This document shows, piece after piece, positions 11,017 through 23,904 of a stretch of DNA of 34,169 nt. The notes beneath the pieces are model-generated. The model was given only the letters and a program-made list of their open reading frames with translations. It was not told the origin of the DNA and did not search any database. Source of the DNA: Octopus bimaculoides (Eukaryota); contig NC_068981.1 in NCBI RefSeq assembly GCF_001194135.2, positions 28,289,573-28,323,741 on the forward strand, read 5' to 3'. How positions within the stretch are numbered: position 1 is the stretch's first letter; each line of letters begins with the position of its first letter. The translations under genes were made by a program, and so were the position numbers.

Positions 11017-11580
11017 ATCACTCATCTCCAGACAATGACCATTTTCTTCATAACATATCAGCTTTGGAGAATCTTCATTCTTGAGATTTTCTTTCATTCT
11101 CATGTGGAGGTGTTCTCATTTGCAGTTTGGTAATTTAGTAAAAGTAGTCGGAGATAACATTGATAAAGGAAAAATTATATCGTGTAGTATTTGATAAACT
11201 TGTATTTGTCTATTAACTATTGTCTATTGTATACACGCACATACATATGTAAATACAGATATACATACACAACATTTATATATACATACATATGTATATA
11301 TATATATATATATATATGCATACACTTCATGCACATTGGTGTGTGTATATTTATTAATATACCTATTTTGTTCTCTCTCTGTGTTTATTTTCTCTTATTC
11401 CGTTCTGTTCAAGAGCGTATGCTCAAAACGCAAAAGACCTTCCCACTTTCCCGGGTGTCAAACACCTGCTTGTTGTTCATACACCAGTCTTCGTCTTTTT
11501 GTTTTTCTGTAAATTTCAACTATATATATGTGTGTGTGAGTGTGTGTATGTGTATGTGTGTGTGTGTGTGTGTACACACA

Positions 11581-11723
11581 GGAGCCAATGGTGTAATGGT
11601 TAGCACATCTAACGTTAGATAGAAGATTCTGGTTCGATTCCCAATACTGTTCCTTTCTTTTATAAGCCGGTGCTCCAGCACGGCTGCAGTCAAATGACTG
11701 AAACAAGTAAAATAATAAAAAGA
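11581..11723 (+). mobile_element. Short SINE: tRNA head joined directly to a family-B-type 3' tail
   Basis: A-box tggtgtaatggt (11589-11600), B-box ggttcgattcc (11631-11641), then ccggtgctccagcacggctgcagtcaaatgactgaaacaagtaaaa, which has about 4 mismatches to 20395-20440. Confidence 0.8.
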
Positions 11724-11773
11724 GTATATATATGTATGTATGCATGAGTGTATGTGTTTATGTACGTATGTAC

Positions 11774-11830
<57 letters not shown>

Positions 11831-11979
11831 AGGTTGCATGCATGCATGTATTTCATTAAATACACTGTATTTGATAGCAATAAGAAAAGATCATTCCTAA
11901 GTATATTCCAACACATTTTCTGTAAAATATTTCAAATTCATTAATAGAAACACGCACACATACGCACACACACACACAC

Positions 11980-12470
11980 NNNNNNNNNNNNNNNNNNNNN
12001 NNNNNNNNNNNNNNNNNNNNNNNNNNNNNNNNNNNNNNNNNNNNNNNNNNNNNNNNNNNNNNNNNNNNNNNNNNNNNNNNNNNNNNNNNNNNNNNNNNNN
12101 NNNNNNNNNNNNNNNNNNNNNNNNNNNNNNNNNNNNNNNNNNNNNNNNNNNNNNNNNNNNNNNNNNNNNNNNNNNNNNNNNNNNNNNNNNNNNNNNNNNN
12201 NNNNNNNNNNNNNNNNNNNNNNNNNNNNNNNNNNNNNNNNNNNNNNNNNNNNNNNNNNNNNNNNNNNNNNNNNNNNNNNNNNNNNNNNNNNNNNNNNNNN
12301 NNNNNNNNNNNNNNNNNNNNNNNNNNNNNNNNNNNNNNNNNNNNNNNNNNNNNNNNNNNNNNNNNNNNNNNNNNNNNNNNNNNNNNNNNNNNNNNNNNNN
12401 NNNNNNNNNNNNNNNNNNNNNNNNNNNNNNNNNNNNNNNNNNNNNNNNNNNNNNNNNNNNNNNNNNNNNN
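11980..12470. other. Assembly gap
   Basis: N-run with (CA)n on its left flank. Confidence 0.99.
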
Positions 12471-12738
12471 TTTTAATGGTGGCAGCTGGTGAAGGGGATG
12501 TTTCTATGTGGCCTACTTGTTTGTTGCACCTTGTTTAACATTTTGTCCATGTTCTTTTGCCACGTCATGTACCCAGTTATGTATCTATATGTACATGTAG
12601 ATGAACGTATATACATACATGTACATATATATGCATATACTCATATATTGTTTATATATATATATATATATATATGAGTGTGATTATGTGTCGTCGTGTG
12701 TGTGCATGCATATGTATACAAAGATTGGTTAAAACAAG

Positions 12739-12783
<45 letters not shown>

Positions 12784-13336
12784 AAGGAAAGATCACGTGG
12801 TACACTATTTGAAGACTGTTAAAGTCGTTAACGCTGCTCTCTCTCTCGTTCTCGAAATGACACCATCATGTCAAATGATTTAGTTTGCTCTCACTCCTTT
12901 CCAGCAGATATACGCTCCCTAATTATTGTGTCTTCAAATTGGATAGAACTTACAGAAGCGGTAGAGGAGGGAATATCTTTGGCTTTGCCAGAAAGGGGAG
13001 GGATATATTTTTGTTGTGCTTTTTTTTTCTATTATTTTGTAGCCTTTTTTTTTTCTGTTTCGCTGGTGTTGTTATTTGTTGCTTTCTTCTTCATATTTGT
13101 TTTTTGTATTGTTTTTTTTTGTATTCTGTTTTATTATATTACGTTTATCGAAGTTGGCGTTAAAGATGACATCCGTCATGTTTAATTCTTATGCTTCCAC
13201 TCATATTCTCTCTCCACCTCATCTCTCTCCTCCTCATCTCTCTCTCCATCTACCTATCTCTCTCTCTCTCTCACACATACACATATATACATTATGTTTG
13301 TGCGTGTGTGTATGTATATATATATGTATATATATG

Positions 13337-13374
<38 letters not shown>

Positions 13375-13830
13375 NNNNNNNNNNNNNNNNNNNNNNNNNN
13401 NNNNNNNNNNNNNNNNNNNNNNNNNNNNNNNNNNNNNNNNNNNNNNNNNNNNNNNNNNNNNNNNNNNNNNNNNNNNNNNNNNNNNNNNNNNNNNNNNNNN
13501 NNNNNNNNNNNNNNNNNNNNNNNNNNNNNNNNNNNNNNNNNNNNNNNNNNNNNNNNNNNNNNNNNNNNNNNNNNNNNNNNNNNNNNNNNNNNNNNNNNNN
13601 NNNNNNNNNNNNNNNNNNNNNNNNNNNNNNNNNNNNNNNNNNNNNNNNNNNNNNNNNNNNNNNNNNNNNNNNNNNNNNNNNNNNNNNNNNNNNNNNNNNN
13701 NNNNNNNNNNNNNNNNNNNNNNNNNNNNNNNNNNNNNNNNNNNNNNNNNNNNNNNNNNNNNNNNNNNNNNNNNNNNNNNNNNNNNNNNNNNNNNNNNNNN
13801 NNNNNNNNNNNNNNNNNNNNNNNNNNNNNN
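13375..13830. other. Assembly gap
   Basis: N-run flanked by (AT)n. Confidence 0.99.
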
Positions 13831-14477
13831 ATATATATATTATATATTATATATATATACACACACACACACCTACACAAACACAATTTCATTCAGTTAA
13901 GTTTGTGTGTGTTTAGTATATCATATTAATATTGCATGTGTGTGTTATGTGTGTTAATGTGTGCATATGTATGTGTGTGTTTTAATTTAGAAAAATAATA
14001 AAAACATCTGATTTAATGTTGATATTTTTGCTTTGTTTTGTTTATATTTTGTGTGTGTGTGTGTTTTTTTCACATAAATAAATCAATTTAGTTTTCTTAA
14101 TGATAAACATCTCTTAGAAAAACATGCAAAAATTCCATTCAAATTATTCCTTTAATTAGAATGCTAGTTATTTATTTATTTTATTTTATACGTTTTTATT
14201 TATTTATGCTAATGTGTAATGTCGTATGGTCTGCTTTGCGTGGGTGGGAGGCGTAGTGGGAGGGAGGGTTATTTGTGTCTTATTCAGTTTAATGTATGTT
14301 GTTATTTTTGGTTTAGCTTCTTTTTTCTTTTTTTAATTGTAGTTATTTTCATTCATTCTTAAAACATTTGCACTTTGACATCGTTTCTCAAGACGGGTGT
14401 TATTTCATTACTAAGATATACTTTGTTCATTTGTTCAGGCAATGTATGTATGTAACTATTATGCATGTATGTATGAA

Positions 14478-15178
<701 letters not shown>

Positions 15179-16320
15179 AACTTACATACGTTTCGGCCAT
15201 AAATTGGCGGAAGCTATTTCTGAGCTAAATTTATAAATTTACCTCCTAATTTGAATTTGTTTTGTATTATTTCCGTAAATACTTTTCTTTCTATAGATTA
15301 TTATTTATAACCTCTACTGTTATACCTCGCCATCTCAGGGACTTTCCTTTAACCGCAACACGCCACCAATATATTTATTTTCTGCAGGTAATTACGAGCT
15401 AAGATCACAATACTCAGACATGTAGGTTTGACAGACTCAATATTATTTCAGTTTAGAATTGAGCTAAATACATTTCTATGTCGCTATACCTGATGAGGAC
15501 ACCTCTTATCAAATTCTTTGCAGCCATGACTATCTCGTTGTTCTTTCGATTATTGCGTGGCTCACTAAAGCTACAGTTTTTAATACAGATCTATCATCAA
15601 CTTCTCAAAGAAGATTTACTTAAGATCGAATAAATGTAGAAAACAGAAGTGTAATTTAGACTATAAAATCATTACAAATACAAAATGCATATATATACAC
15701 ATCATACCCTCTTCTAACTCTCTCACTATATATATNNNNNNNNNNTATACACATACATATATGCACATACATTATATATGTATATGGATATATATATATA
15801 TGTATTTTATGTAGTTGTGTGAATAGATATATGTATTTTTTTATTTACACACAGACACATATACATATATACATACATACTGCAAAGTTTCAGAAATTAT
15901 TATTTTAAATCGCTAAACAAAGAAAGAACTATCCCTGCAAAACGTTAAGAGAGTATTTAGGCAATCAGAAGACAAAAATAGTTACTCAGCCGTAAAACAA
16001 TTTCCCGGTTGATCTGTCTTTCTCCGAGCAACGAACATTGATAGACTAAAACACTTTTTATAGAAAAATAATAATAAATAGACAAAAACTCAAATAATGC
16101 GTTAAGGAAAAAATACTAGTGAAAATATATTAAGATGGCGTTGGGGGAGAGTCATTTTTTTTTTTTCAATGGAAGAAAGCTGCGCGCCATATTAAAATAG
16201 TTAGTTATTCATTGTACCTGAAATATAAATAACCTGAAAATGTAGTGTGATGTTACTGCTTGTATTAGTTTCTTCTGACTAGACACGAAAATCTTTGTCT
16301 TAGGTTTACAGTCTACAATT

Positions 16321-16845
16321 NNNNNNNNNNNNNNNNNNNNNNNNNNNNNNNNNNNNNNNNNNNNNNNNNNNNNNNNNNNNNNNNNNNNNNNNNNNNNNNN
16401 NNNNNNNNNNNNNNNNNNNNNNNNNNNNNNNNNNNNNNNNNNNNNNNNNNNNNNNNNNNNNNNNNNNNNNNNNNNNNNNNNNNNNNNNNNNNNNNNNNNN
16501 NNNNNNNNNNNNNNNNNNNNNNNNNNNNNNNNNNNNNNNNNNNNNNNNNNNNNNNNNNNNNNNNNNNNNNNNNNNNNNNNNNNNNNNNNNNNNNNNNNNN
16601 NNNNNNNNNNNNNNNNNNNNNNNNNNNNNNNNNNNNNNNNNNNNNNNNNNNNNNNNNNNNNNNNNNNNNNNNNNNNNNNNNNNNNNNNNNNNNNNNNNNN
16701 NNNNNNNNNNNNNNNNNNNNNNNNNNNNNNNNNNNNNNNNNNNNNNNNNNNNNNNNNNNNNNNNNNNNNNNNNNNNNNNNNNNNNNNNNNNNATATATAC
16801 ATACATACATACATACATACATACATACATACATACATACATACA

Positions 16846-16874
<29 letters not shown>
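16321..16874. other. Assembly gap (16321-16792) followed by (ACAT)n
   Basis: Directly visible. Confidence 0.98.
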
Positions 16875-16877
<3 letters not shown>

Positions 16878-16949
16878 GATAGATAGATAGTTTTATTAAA
16901 ACGTAAGGTATGATTTGAAGGAAGTCTTGTTAGCATTTCTAAGAGCTAG

Positions 16950-17700
16950 ACTGATAATATGGATTCCAGCTTACACGATATTTTTTGTCATTGCAAGTTA
17001 GGTTGAACCACAGAGAAAATATTTGAATAGTGAGGCAACTAGAAAAATTAGAACGTTATGTTATGTCAAATCGTACCAGGGTCTAGCAGATTTTCTTCCC
17101 CATTCTTCCAATGTCGATAATAATATCAAATATTGGAGTCAATTTGATTGACATTCTCCTCTTCTAAAATTTATATCATTATGTCTATATCGGAAATCAT
17201 TACTTTCTATTCTTATGGAACTAGAGCCTATCAAGACCATGGTATATTATTTTAATACAACTTCCAGTGGAAGTCTTTTCAGTTCATTTGAAAGCAAATT
17301 CTCGTCTGATCTTGAGAAATGTTGAATAGTCAAAACGGACTCATTTCTCCACTTTCTTCTAAATTATACTCTCTGTATATCCAATGGAAGTGGAGGCGCA
17401 ATAGCCTAGTGGTTAGGGCAGCGAAGTGCTAACACACACAATCTAATGGAAAAAGGAGAACATTACATTTTTTCTGATGGTAGTAATGCTTTCATGCAAT
17501 GTTTGATTTGTCTGTGTTCAAATCCCATCGGTATCAACTTTTCTTTCTCGTTTTCCAGGTTCGATAAAATGTCTAAAGTAGTATTAATAGTAGTTCCACG
17601 CCAGGATTGTCTCCTTGAATATACCTATGATCAAGAGGTTTTCAACCACAAGCATTCAATATTTTTAGGTCTTTAGCTACTATTTCTAGCAGATTAATCA
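16950..17700 (-). pseudogene. Possible highly decayed Penelope-like reverse transcriptase remnant, interrupted by a SINE head
   Basis: Manual minus-strand translation gives, in order across frames, INTTLDILSNLENEKEKLIP (17523-17597), LPLEVVLK*Y, QIDSNI, WKNGEENLLD (17081-17110) and HNITF. These resemble PLE RT blocks (DTxDFL, LELVLKNN, YIDD, WxHGEENL, HPNIKFT). Many stops and no intact catalytic motif; a LINE RT reading is also possible. Confidence 0.3.
17395..17433 (+). mobile_element. Truncated tRNA-derived SINE head
   Basis: tggaggcgcaatagcctagtggttagggcagcg contains a canonical A-box (tagcctagtgg) and then stops before any B-box. Confidence 0.6.
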
Positions 17701-18457
17701 CCTCTACGGAGGTTCCTTCGTTGACCGGTATAATAAATACCAGTTATGTACTGTAGTTGATATTTCCTCTCTCCTCCCTCAAAATATTTACCACGCTTAT
17801 GATAAAAAAAGTTATATTGTGCTTAAATAATTCCGTTTTTTGTTTAAAGAATTCGCAAGAAGATCTGATATCTATAGATCAATGCAACATGCAATATGCG
17901 GTGGTTTCAAGGACAAACTTTTCCAGCACTTAACACTTACTTCACAATATTCTTCATAAACAACAAACTCAGCCTGTTTCGTGTCTGTACAGTCTGTCCA
18001 CACCTATAACACATGTATATTTTATTGGAGTCTCATTCTAGCCGTATGGGACATTTTTGAGGTAGTAAATATGATATAAAAGTTTGGAATAACAATACTA
18101 AGTTTGCCCATGAGAATAACATTTACTTTGACTTATTCTTTCTCAGAACTAATAGCTAAAATCTGGTTTCAGATTCGTTGAGAAAAAGAAACGTTCTTCA
18201 AACACGAAATAAGCACTCAAAATTCTAATAACAGAAGAAATATGAACGAGTGGGAGTTCTATATATTTTTTTCAATATATAATGTAATACTAAGAGAATT
18301 AAAACTGTTTTATTCAAAAAATGAAACCTTATCGCGATCTCGTATTTGCGAGTGCTTATCTTTCTTCAAAAATGCGCATCATCATTTTTGTTTGAAGTAA
18401 CCAGTGTTTGAAGAGTTATCGTTATTGTACAAGAGCCTCAACCTATGCATTAACACT

Positions 18458-18535
18458 ATTTTATCCGCCGCGAAGATGGGAAGGAAATACAAAGTTGAGT
18501 TAGAATTTGAACTCAGGACAGAAGGAGAAACTATC
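18458..18535 (-). mobile_element. Very degraded SINE (family A) fragment
   Basis: ttttatccgccgcgaagatgggaagg...agaatttgaactcag retains the B-box complement gaatttgaactcag. Confidence 0.5.
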
Positions 18536-19255
18536 GTTATACATTTTACTCCAATTTTCTACTTGCTATCTTAGAAATCAATAATGACTTCTTTTATTTG
18601 TTCAATGTTTATATAGTCGCCATCTTTTCGATGTTAGTCAATTGGTTGGATTCTAAGTTTTCAGAATCCTCATAGATTTGTATTTAAAATCAAATAAAAG
18701 TTCGTACAAGTGATGTTTTGTTATGATCGTTGTTGTTGTTGTTGTTGTCTTTAGTTGTTTTTGTCTTTGATGGCGACGACGACGGTGATACTGATTTTGT
18801 GGTTATTATTGGTAGTGACGTTATTCATGTAGTTGTTTCTTTACAAAGTTCATAGTTTGCCAGTGTAAGATAGTAATAAATTCATTGCACATTGGCTAGA
18901 GAGGGAACATCTCTAACACATACACATAGCTAAGGTCAGAGATACAAATATTTGAGGCGAGGTCAGACAGCCAATTCAATATATGAAGATCATTGTAAAC
19001 TCTTGGCACATTATTTATTACTCGGCGAGCATTTTCACAACATATATCTTTTCTACACAGCTCGTTATACGCCAAGACAATTCTTTCATTTCATTCAATT
19101 TGAATTAAAAAAAAAAAAGAATAGAACATAAAAATAAATAAAACAATACTGACAGAAACAACCCATCTTTAGTGTTGGATTCGCTAAGAACTCAAAACAC
19201 AACAGATCGATATCAATGTTTTTTTTAATCAATAGTTCGTTGCTGAATGAAATGG

Positions 19256-19328
19256 GTGCCTTCGGAGAAAGAGGTAAAGGTGCTAGTCATCTGAGTCTGC
19301 GACCCGGGTTCGAAATCTGTTACAGCCA
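19256..19328 (+). mobile_element. Isolated tRNA-like / SINE head remnant
   Basis: About 73 nt from ggtgcc to acagcca, with a B-box gggttcgaaatc and a degenerate A-box region. It does not fold into a convincing cloverleaf by eye, so it is not called as a tRNA gene. Confidence 0.4.
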
Positions 19329-19983
19329 ACAGTGATAAAATGAAGTCGTGAGCATCACAATATCTTATTTTTATTTCCCGTAACAGTAAAATACAAAGCC
19401 AAACTGACTAACTAAAATGAAACTAAGATTTTAATGCAAAACGTTATATAGTTAAAAATTACATAGAAAACGAAACCTGTTGGTGACGTGGTTTCGAATC
19501 TCGCTTGAAATTATTATCGCTTTAATTAAACATCTTTGAGAGGAAAACAGCACGAACACCGCAATTTTGCATCTATTCATAGAATAATTGAAGAGGTACT
19601 CACATGCTGTACAGTTTTAAATTATGAGTATACTTCCTACCATTGTTGACGATGAATTTCATTCATCAGAGATCGATAAAATAAAATGACAATATATTGG
19701 ATTCAATCGATTTTACTTCTCGCTTAAAATTTTGATGCTATCGTTCTAATATACAAAGTAAAACAAAAGAATCGTCGTCACTCTGATCCTCATCATCGCA
19801 GTCGTTGTTATCATGATAATTGTTTACGCCACATGTGAACACCGATTTTGATGACCGATTGCAAGGTATGTTCTAGTTGTGACCATAATGGTCATATTGA
19901 CCATATTGCACGTATAGTATAGTGCATTTTGGACTAAACTGTCCAAATTTCCAATCATTTAATTTTTTATTTTTTATTTTTTG

Positions 19984-20210
19984 TACAGGGTGTCCACAAA
20001 GTGTGGGTACATGGGGATGAACACATACATTAAGAAATTATTATTTCTTATATTTTATTGTTTATGTTATGATTTTATTTACTCCATGTACCCACATGAG
20101 GATTAACACATACTTTAAGAAATTATTATTTTTCATATTTAATTGTTTATGTTATGATTTTATTTACTCCATGTACCCACATGGGGATTAACACATACTT
20201 TAAGAAATTA
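19984..20210 (+). mobile_element. Tc1/mariner-type MITE end with internal 85-bp tandem array
   Basis: TA plus cagggtgtccacaaagtgtgggtacatgg (19984-20014) is a Tc1/mariner-style terminus. The inner 12 bp (gtgggtacatgg) recur inverted as ccatgtacccac at 20084-20095 and 20169-20180. The 85-bp unit starts at 20010, 20095 and 20180 (about 2.4 copies). Confidence 0.75.
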
Positions 20211-20280
20211 ATATGTATGTATGTATGTATGTATGTATTTATGCATGCATGTATATATGTATTTGCGTATCTAGGCTTGC

Positions 20281-20460
20281 CGTCCCCCCTCTATTGCTTG
20301 ACAACCGATGCTGGTCTATTTACGTCCTCATAACTTAGCGGTTCGGCAAAAGAGACCAATAGAATGAGTACCAGGCTCAATTTGTTCGACTAAAGCGGTG
20401 CTCCAGCATGGCCGCAGTCAAATGACTGAAACAAATAAAAAAAAATAGAAGAATGAAAGA
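20281..20460 (+). mobile_element. 3' half of SINE (family B)
   Basis: ttgcttgacaaccgatgctgg...aacttagcggttcggcaaaagagacc...gcggtgctccagcatggccgcagtcaaatgactgaaacaaataaaa is the reverse complement homologue of 2645-2830. It is preceded by a (TATG)n tract. Confidence 0.85.
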
Positions 20461-21095
20461 ATATGCATATATGAATATATATATGTATATGTACTTATTT
20501 TTATACAGATAGGCATGTACAGATATAAACGTTTTTGAATTTCTCCATCGAGAGAATGTCCTCACATAAAAGGAGTAGGAACAATGGCATATAGAAGTAA
20601 TAGGAACAGCGAAATAGCAACAACCTCACGCTCGTCTCTCTCACCACCACCACAACTACAAACATCTCTAACACAACCAACTTCACCATCAACAACAATA
20701 ACAAGAACATTGATAAAAACAAAAGGCTAACAGAAAAATCACATCAGCCACAGCATCAACAGTATGAGTAAGATTTTATATAATAATGTCTGTCATTTGG
20801 TGCACAAGGATTCAGAACAAAAGGAAGGAATGACATGAAAAAAAAAAAATCTTTGAAAAAATATTCACAGATATATTTGTCATGGTCACATGCTCTATCT
20901 CAGAACAAATGGTGCCAGTGAACCATTCATTGGAACCACTTGCTTATTTTCCTTTGTCTATTTTCCTTTCTTTCTATCATCTAATCATTCATATATTTTC
21001 CCTCTGGCTACATTCATTCATCTATCTACCTACTTGCCTATGTCTATTTCATCTAGTCAGCCATTCATTCAGTCATTCATTTACCCTTTGAATAC

Positions 21096-21096
<1 letters not shown>

Positions 21097-21142
<46 letters not shown>

Positions 21143-21250
21143 CATCTATTCATTCACCTATCCATACATACATACATACATACATACATACATACATACA
21201 TACATACATACATACATACATACATACATACATACGTACATACATGCATG
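21097..21250. repeat. (TCTA)n-(TACA)n compound microsatellite
   Basis: Directly visible. Confidence 0.95.
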
Positions 21251-21468
21251 CATACATATGAACGTCTGCTTATGTGAGACTAAATCCAACGGTAATGAAA
21301 GAAATACATTTTTAATATAGAGTTAAAAGATATAATTTTTGCTAAAGCCTTACATAGGAACCAACGTCTCATGCCATATGACTTTCCTCTGGGATTCGGT
21401 TTGAAAATTAGCCGCTAAGTACAGATACTAGACACTTTAAGACTTAATAAGATTGTGGAGCTCAACAT

Positions 21469-21508
<40 letters not shown>

Positions 21509-21999
21509 GTTGAAAAGAAATTAGAGACCTATGTAAATCAATGTGCTATACATAAAAGATGGCAGTGGAAATGTCTAAGACATTTTTTCAATTTAAGAGG
21601 GAATTTAATAAGAATTACTTTTTAAATTATATAAAGAAAATATTAATGGTTTCGATTAATCTCATCTTATCAAATACCAGTGAAAATTTATAAAAATTTG
21701 AAGTAAAAACAGTTTATCTTCTGCCTAGAGGTCAAGAACATGTGTTCTTGACCCCAAGACAGAAGATAAACTGAAATGTCTTAGGCTTCTGTGCTATTTC
21801 CACCTCCATCTTATATATGTATATATATATACATACTTTATTGGGGTAAACATGGCAATGAATGGTTCCATGCGGAAGAGATCTCCACAATTGTTCGAGC
21901 GAACGACATATAAATGTTGGTACACGTCTTCGTTTTGGACGAGAATGCATGAGGTTACGCGAGCACTCATTGAGAACTCATTCTGACAGCTCGTTTCTA

Positions 22000-22002
<3 letters not shown>

Positions 22003-22070
<68 letters not shown>
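22003..22070. repeat. (AT)n microsatellite
   Basis: Directly visible. Confidence 0.95.
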
Positions 22071-22071
<1 letters not shown>

Positions 22072-22752
22072 CAGAGTATGTGGGTGCCAATATGTGTGTG
22101 CTTGTGAATATGTGCGTGTAGAAGGTTCATGATAAAGTATGTGTGCAGTTTTGCATATATGTATTCATCTATCACTCTATATTCATGTATATATATTTTG
22201 ATACATAGATATGCCAATATACGTACATGCAGTTATACATTCGCATATATATGCATATTAGTATAAGTATATATATATGCTTTACTACTGTATAGTTACT
22301 AGTGATTTCATCCCTGTTTAGAATCCTCTACAATATCCATCTTGTATTGAGTTTTTTGTGTCTAAATGATAGTAGTACTACGTAAAAACTAACCAACTGT
22401 TTCTGTGTGTATGTGGCAGAGAGGTGGCGGAGATGTGGGGATTAGAGTTTTCTTTATAAGTAGTGTGAGAGATAAAGACACAGATATCTCAGTGTACATG
22501 TGCTTATATATATATATACACAAAAGCGCGCGCGCTTACACTCATCACAGCCAAATGTATAGATTCGCCTTGTAATGAATGAATGAATCTATACTTACAA
22601 GAAAAAGTCTTCTCGTTTATTTACTGTACACAACGTCTGTCCGTTAAATATAACAGACGGCATTCATATTGCACCTCCACCACCTCTCTATCTCATCTCT
22701 CACTCTTTATCCCTCCTACCTCTCCCTATCCCTCCTTCACATTTTCTCTCAC

Positions 22753-22757
<5 letters not shown>

Positions 22758-22799
<42 letters not shown>

Positions 22800-22903
22800 A
22801 CATCATTGTTTTATAACCTAAGGCTACGTTATCGTCCTGTGTGGGTGAGGGTGCGTTTGGGTGCATTGTTATAAGGTTGATTTCTTTTTCGATTACTATT
22901 ATT

Positions 22904-22971
<68 letters not shown>

Positions 22972-23020
22972 CATCATTATTTTTGTTGTTGTTGTTGTTG
23001 TTGATGATGATGCTGTTGTT
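22758..23020. repeat. (CT)n, (ATT)n and (GTT)n microsatellites
   Basis: Directly visible. Confidence 0.92.
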
Positions 23021-23229
23021 TTGTTGTTATCTTTTTTTTATTTTTTCATTGTACATTTATAAAGGTCCTTCCTTGTTAACCATTATTCCGGAAAAAATTG
23101 CCCCAAGGGGAAGTTTCCTCTCTCCATATATATATATATATTTTTTTTCTTTACTCTTCACTAACGTATGCACACATATATATATATTCACTGTACACTT
23201 ATGTGTATGTATATATATATATATATATA

Positions 23230-23302
<73 letters not shown>

Positions 23303-23697
23303 CAAGTGCATATGTAAGCCAGTGTACGTCATAGATGATCTACATACACACATGGAGGAGTCTTTTGTTTTCTTGAGCGTTTCTCGTTGTTGAAAGATCT
23401 CTTTATTTGTTAGTTTGTGTATGTAGGGGGGGGAGCACAGGGTATGTGTGTGTGGTTCTGTGTGGTTGTGTCTTTTTTTGTCTCAGTGGTCAACTGTGCC
23501 ACTTGATCCCAGAAATCTCCTTAATGGTGAAACTGCTGTTACTGCTGCAGCTGCTGCTGTTGCTGCTGTTGCTGCTCTTTTCTTTTTCACATCTTGCTGC
23601 TGCGGAGATTTGTGCAATGGAGTATGAATTTTAAATCAGCTGCTTTTTTGCCTGTTGAAAAATTTAAAAAAATTTAAAAAAGATATGGAATAGTATA

Positions 23698-23859
23698 ATG
23701 ATGATGATGATGATGATGATGATAATGATGATGATGATGACGACAACGACGACGACGATGACGTTGACGGTGGTGGCGACGACGATGACGGTGACAACGA
23801 CGACGACGAAGATGAACTTGGCTATGGCTATGATAATGAGGGGGAGGAGGATATTGATA

Positions 23860-23904
<45 letters not shown>

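Noticed and set aside
10657-11103. 148-aa minus-strand ORF with an internal 28-aa repeat
   Set aside because: It is the antisense of a SINE plus the 84-bp DNA duplication. There is no protein-family signature.
15297-15388. Plus-strand AG...GT-bounded 92-nt segment with two open frames (for example ITSTVIPRHLRDFPLTATRHQYIYFLQ)
   Set aside because: The peptides are unrecognisable and there is no partner exon. Such pseudo-exons are common in AT-rich DNA.
15489-15510. ctgatgag motifs here and at 24465
   Set aside because: No downstream stem II plus GAAA box.
19256-19328. Bona fide tRNA gene
   Set aside because: The A-box, D-arm and acceptor stem are degenerate. It was kept only as a SINE-like remnant; tRNAscan-SE would settle it.
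19770-19870. Transmembrane-like peptide RIVVTLILIIAVVVIMIIVY near a GTATGT donor
   Set aside because: It is bounded by stops, has no start or acceptor, and the hydrophobicity comes from ATC/GTT low-complexity sequence.
20584-20730. 48-aa S/T/P-rich plus-strand ORF (MAYRSNRNSEIATT...)
   Set aside because: It derives from ACC/ACA low-complexity sequence and has no homology cues.
21840-21990. CpG-rich unique island between (TA)n arrays with a possible minus-strand exon
   Set aside because: The acceptor lacks a pyrimidine tract, and none of the six frames resembles a known protein.
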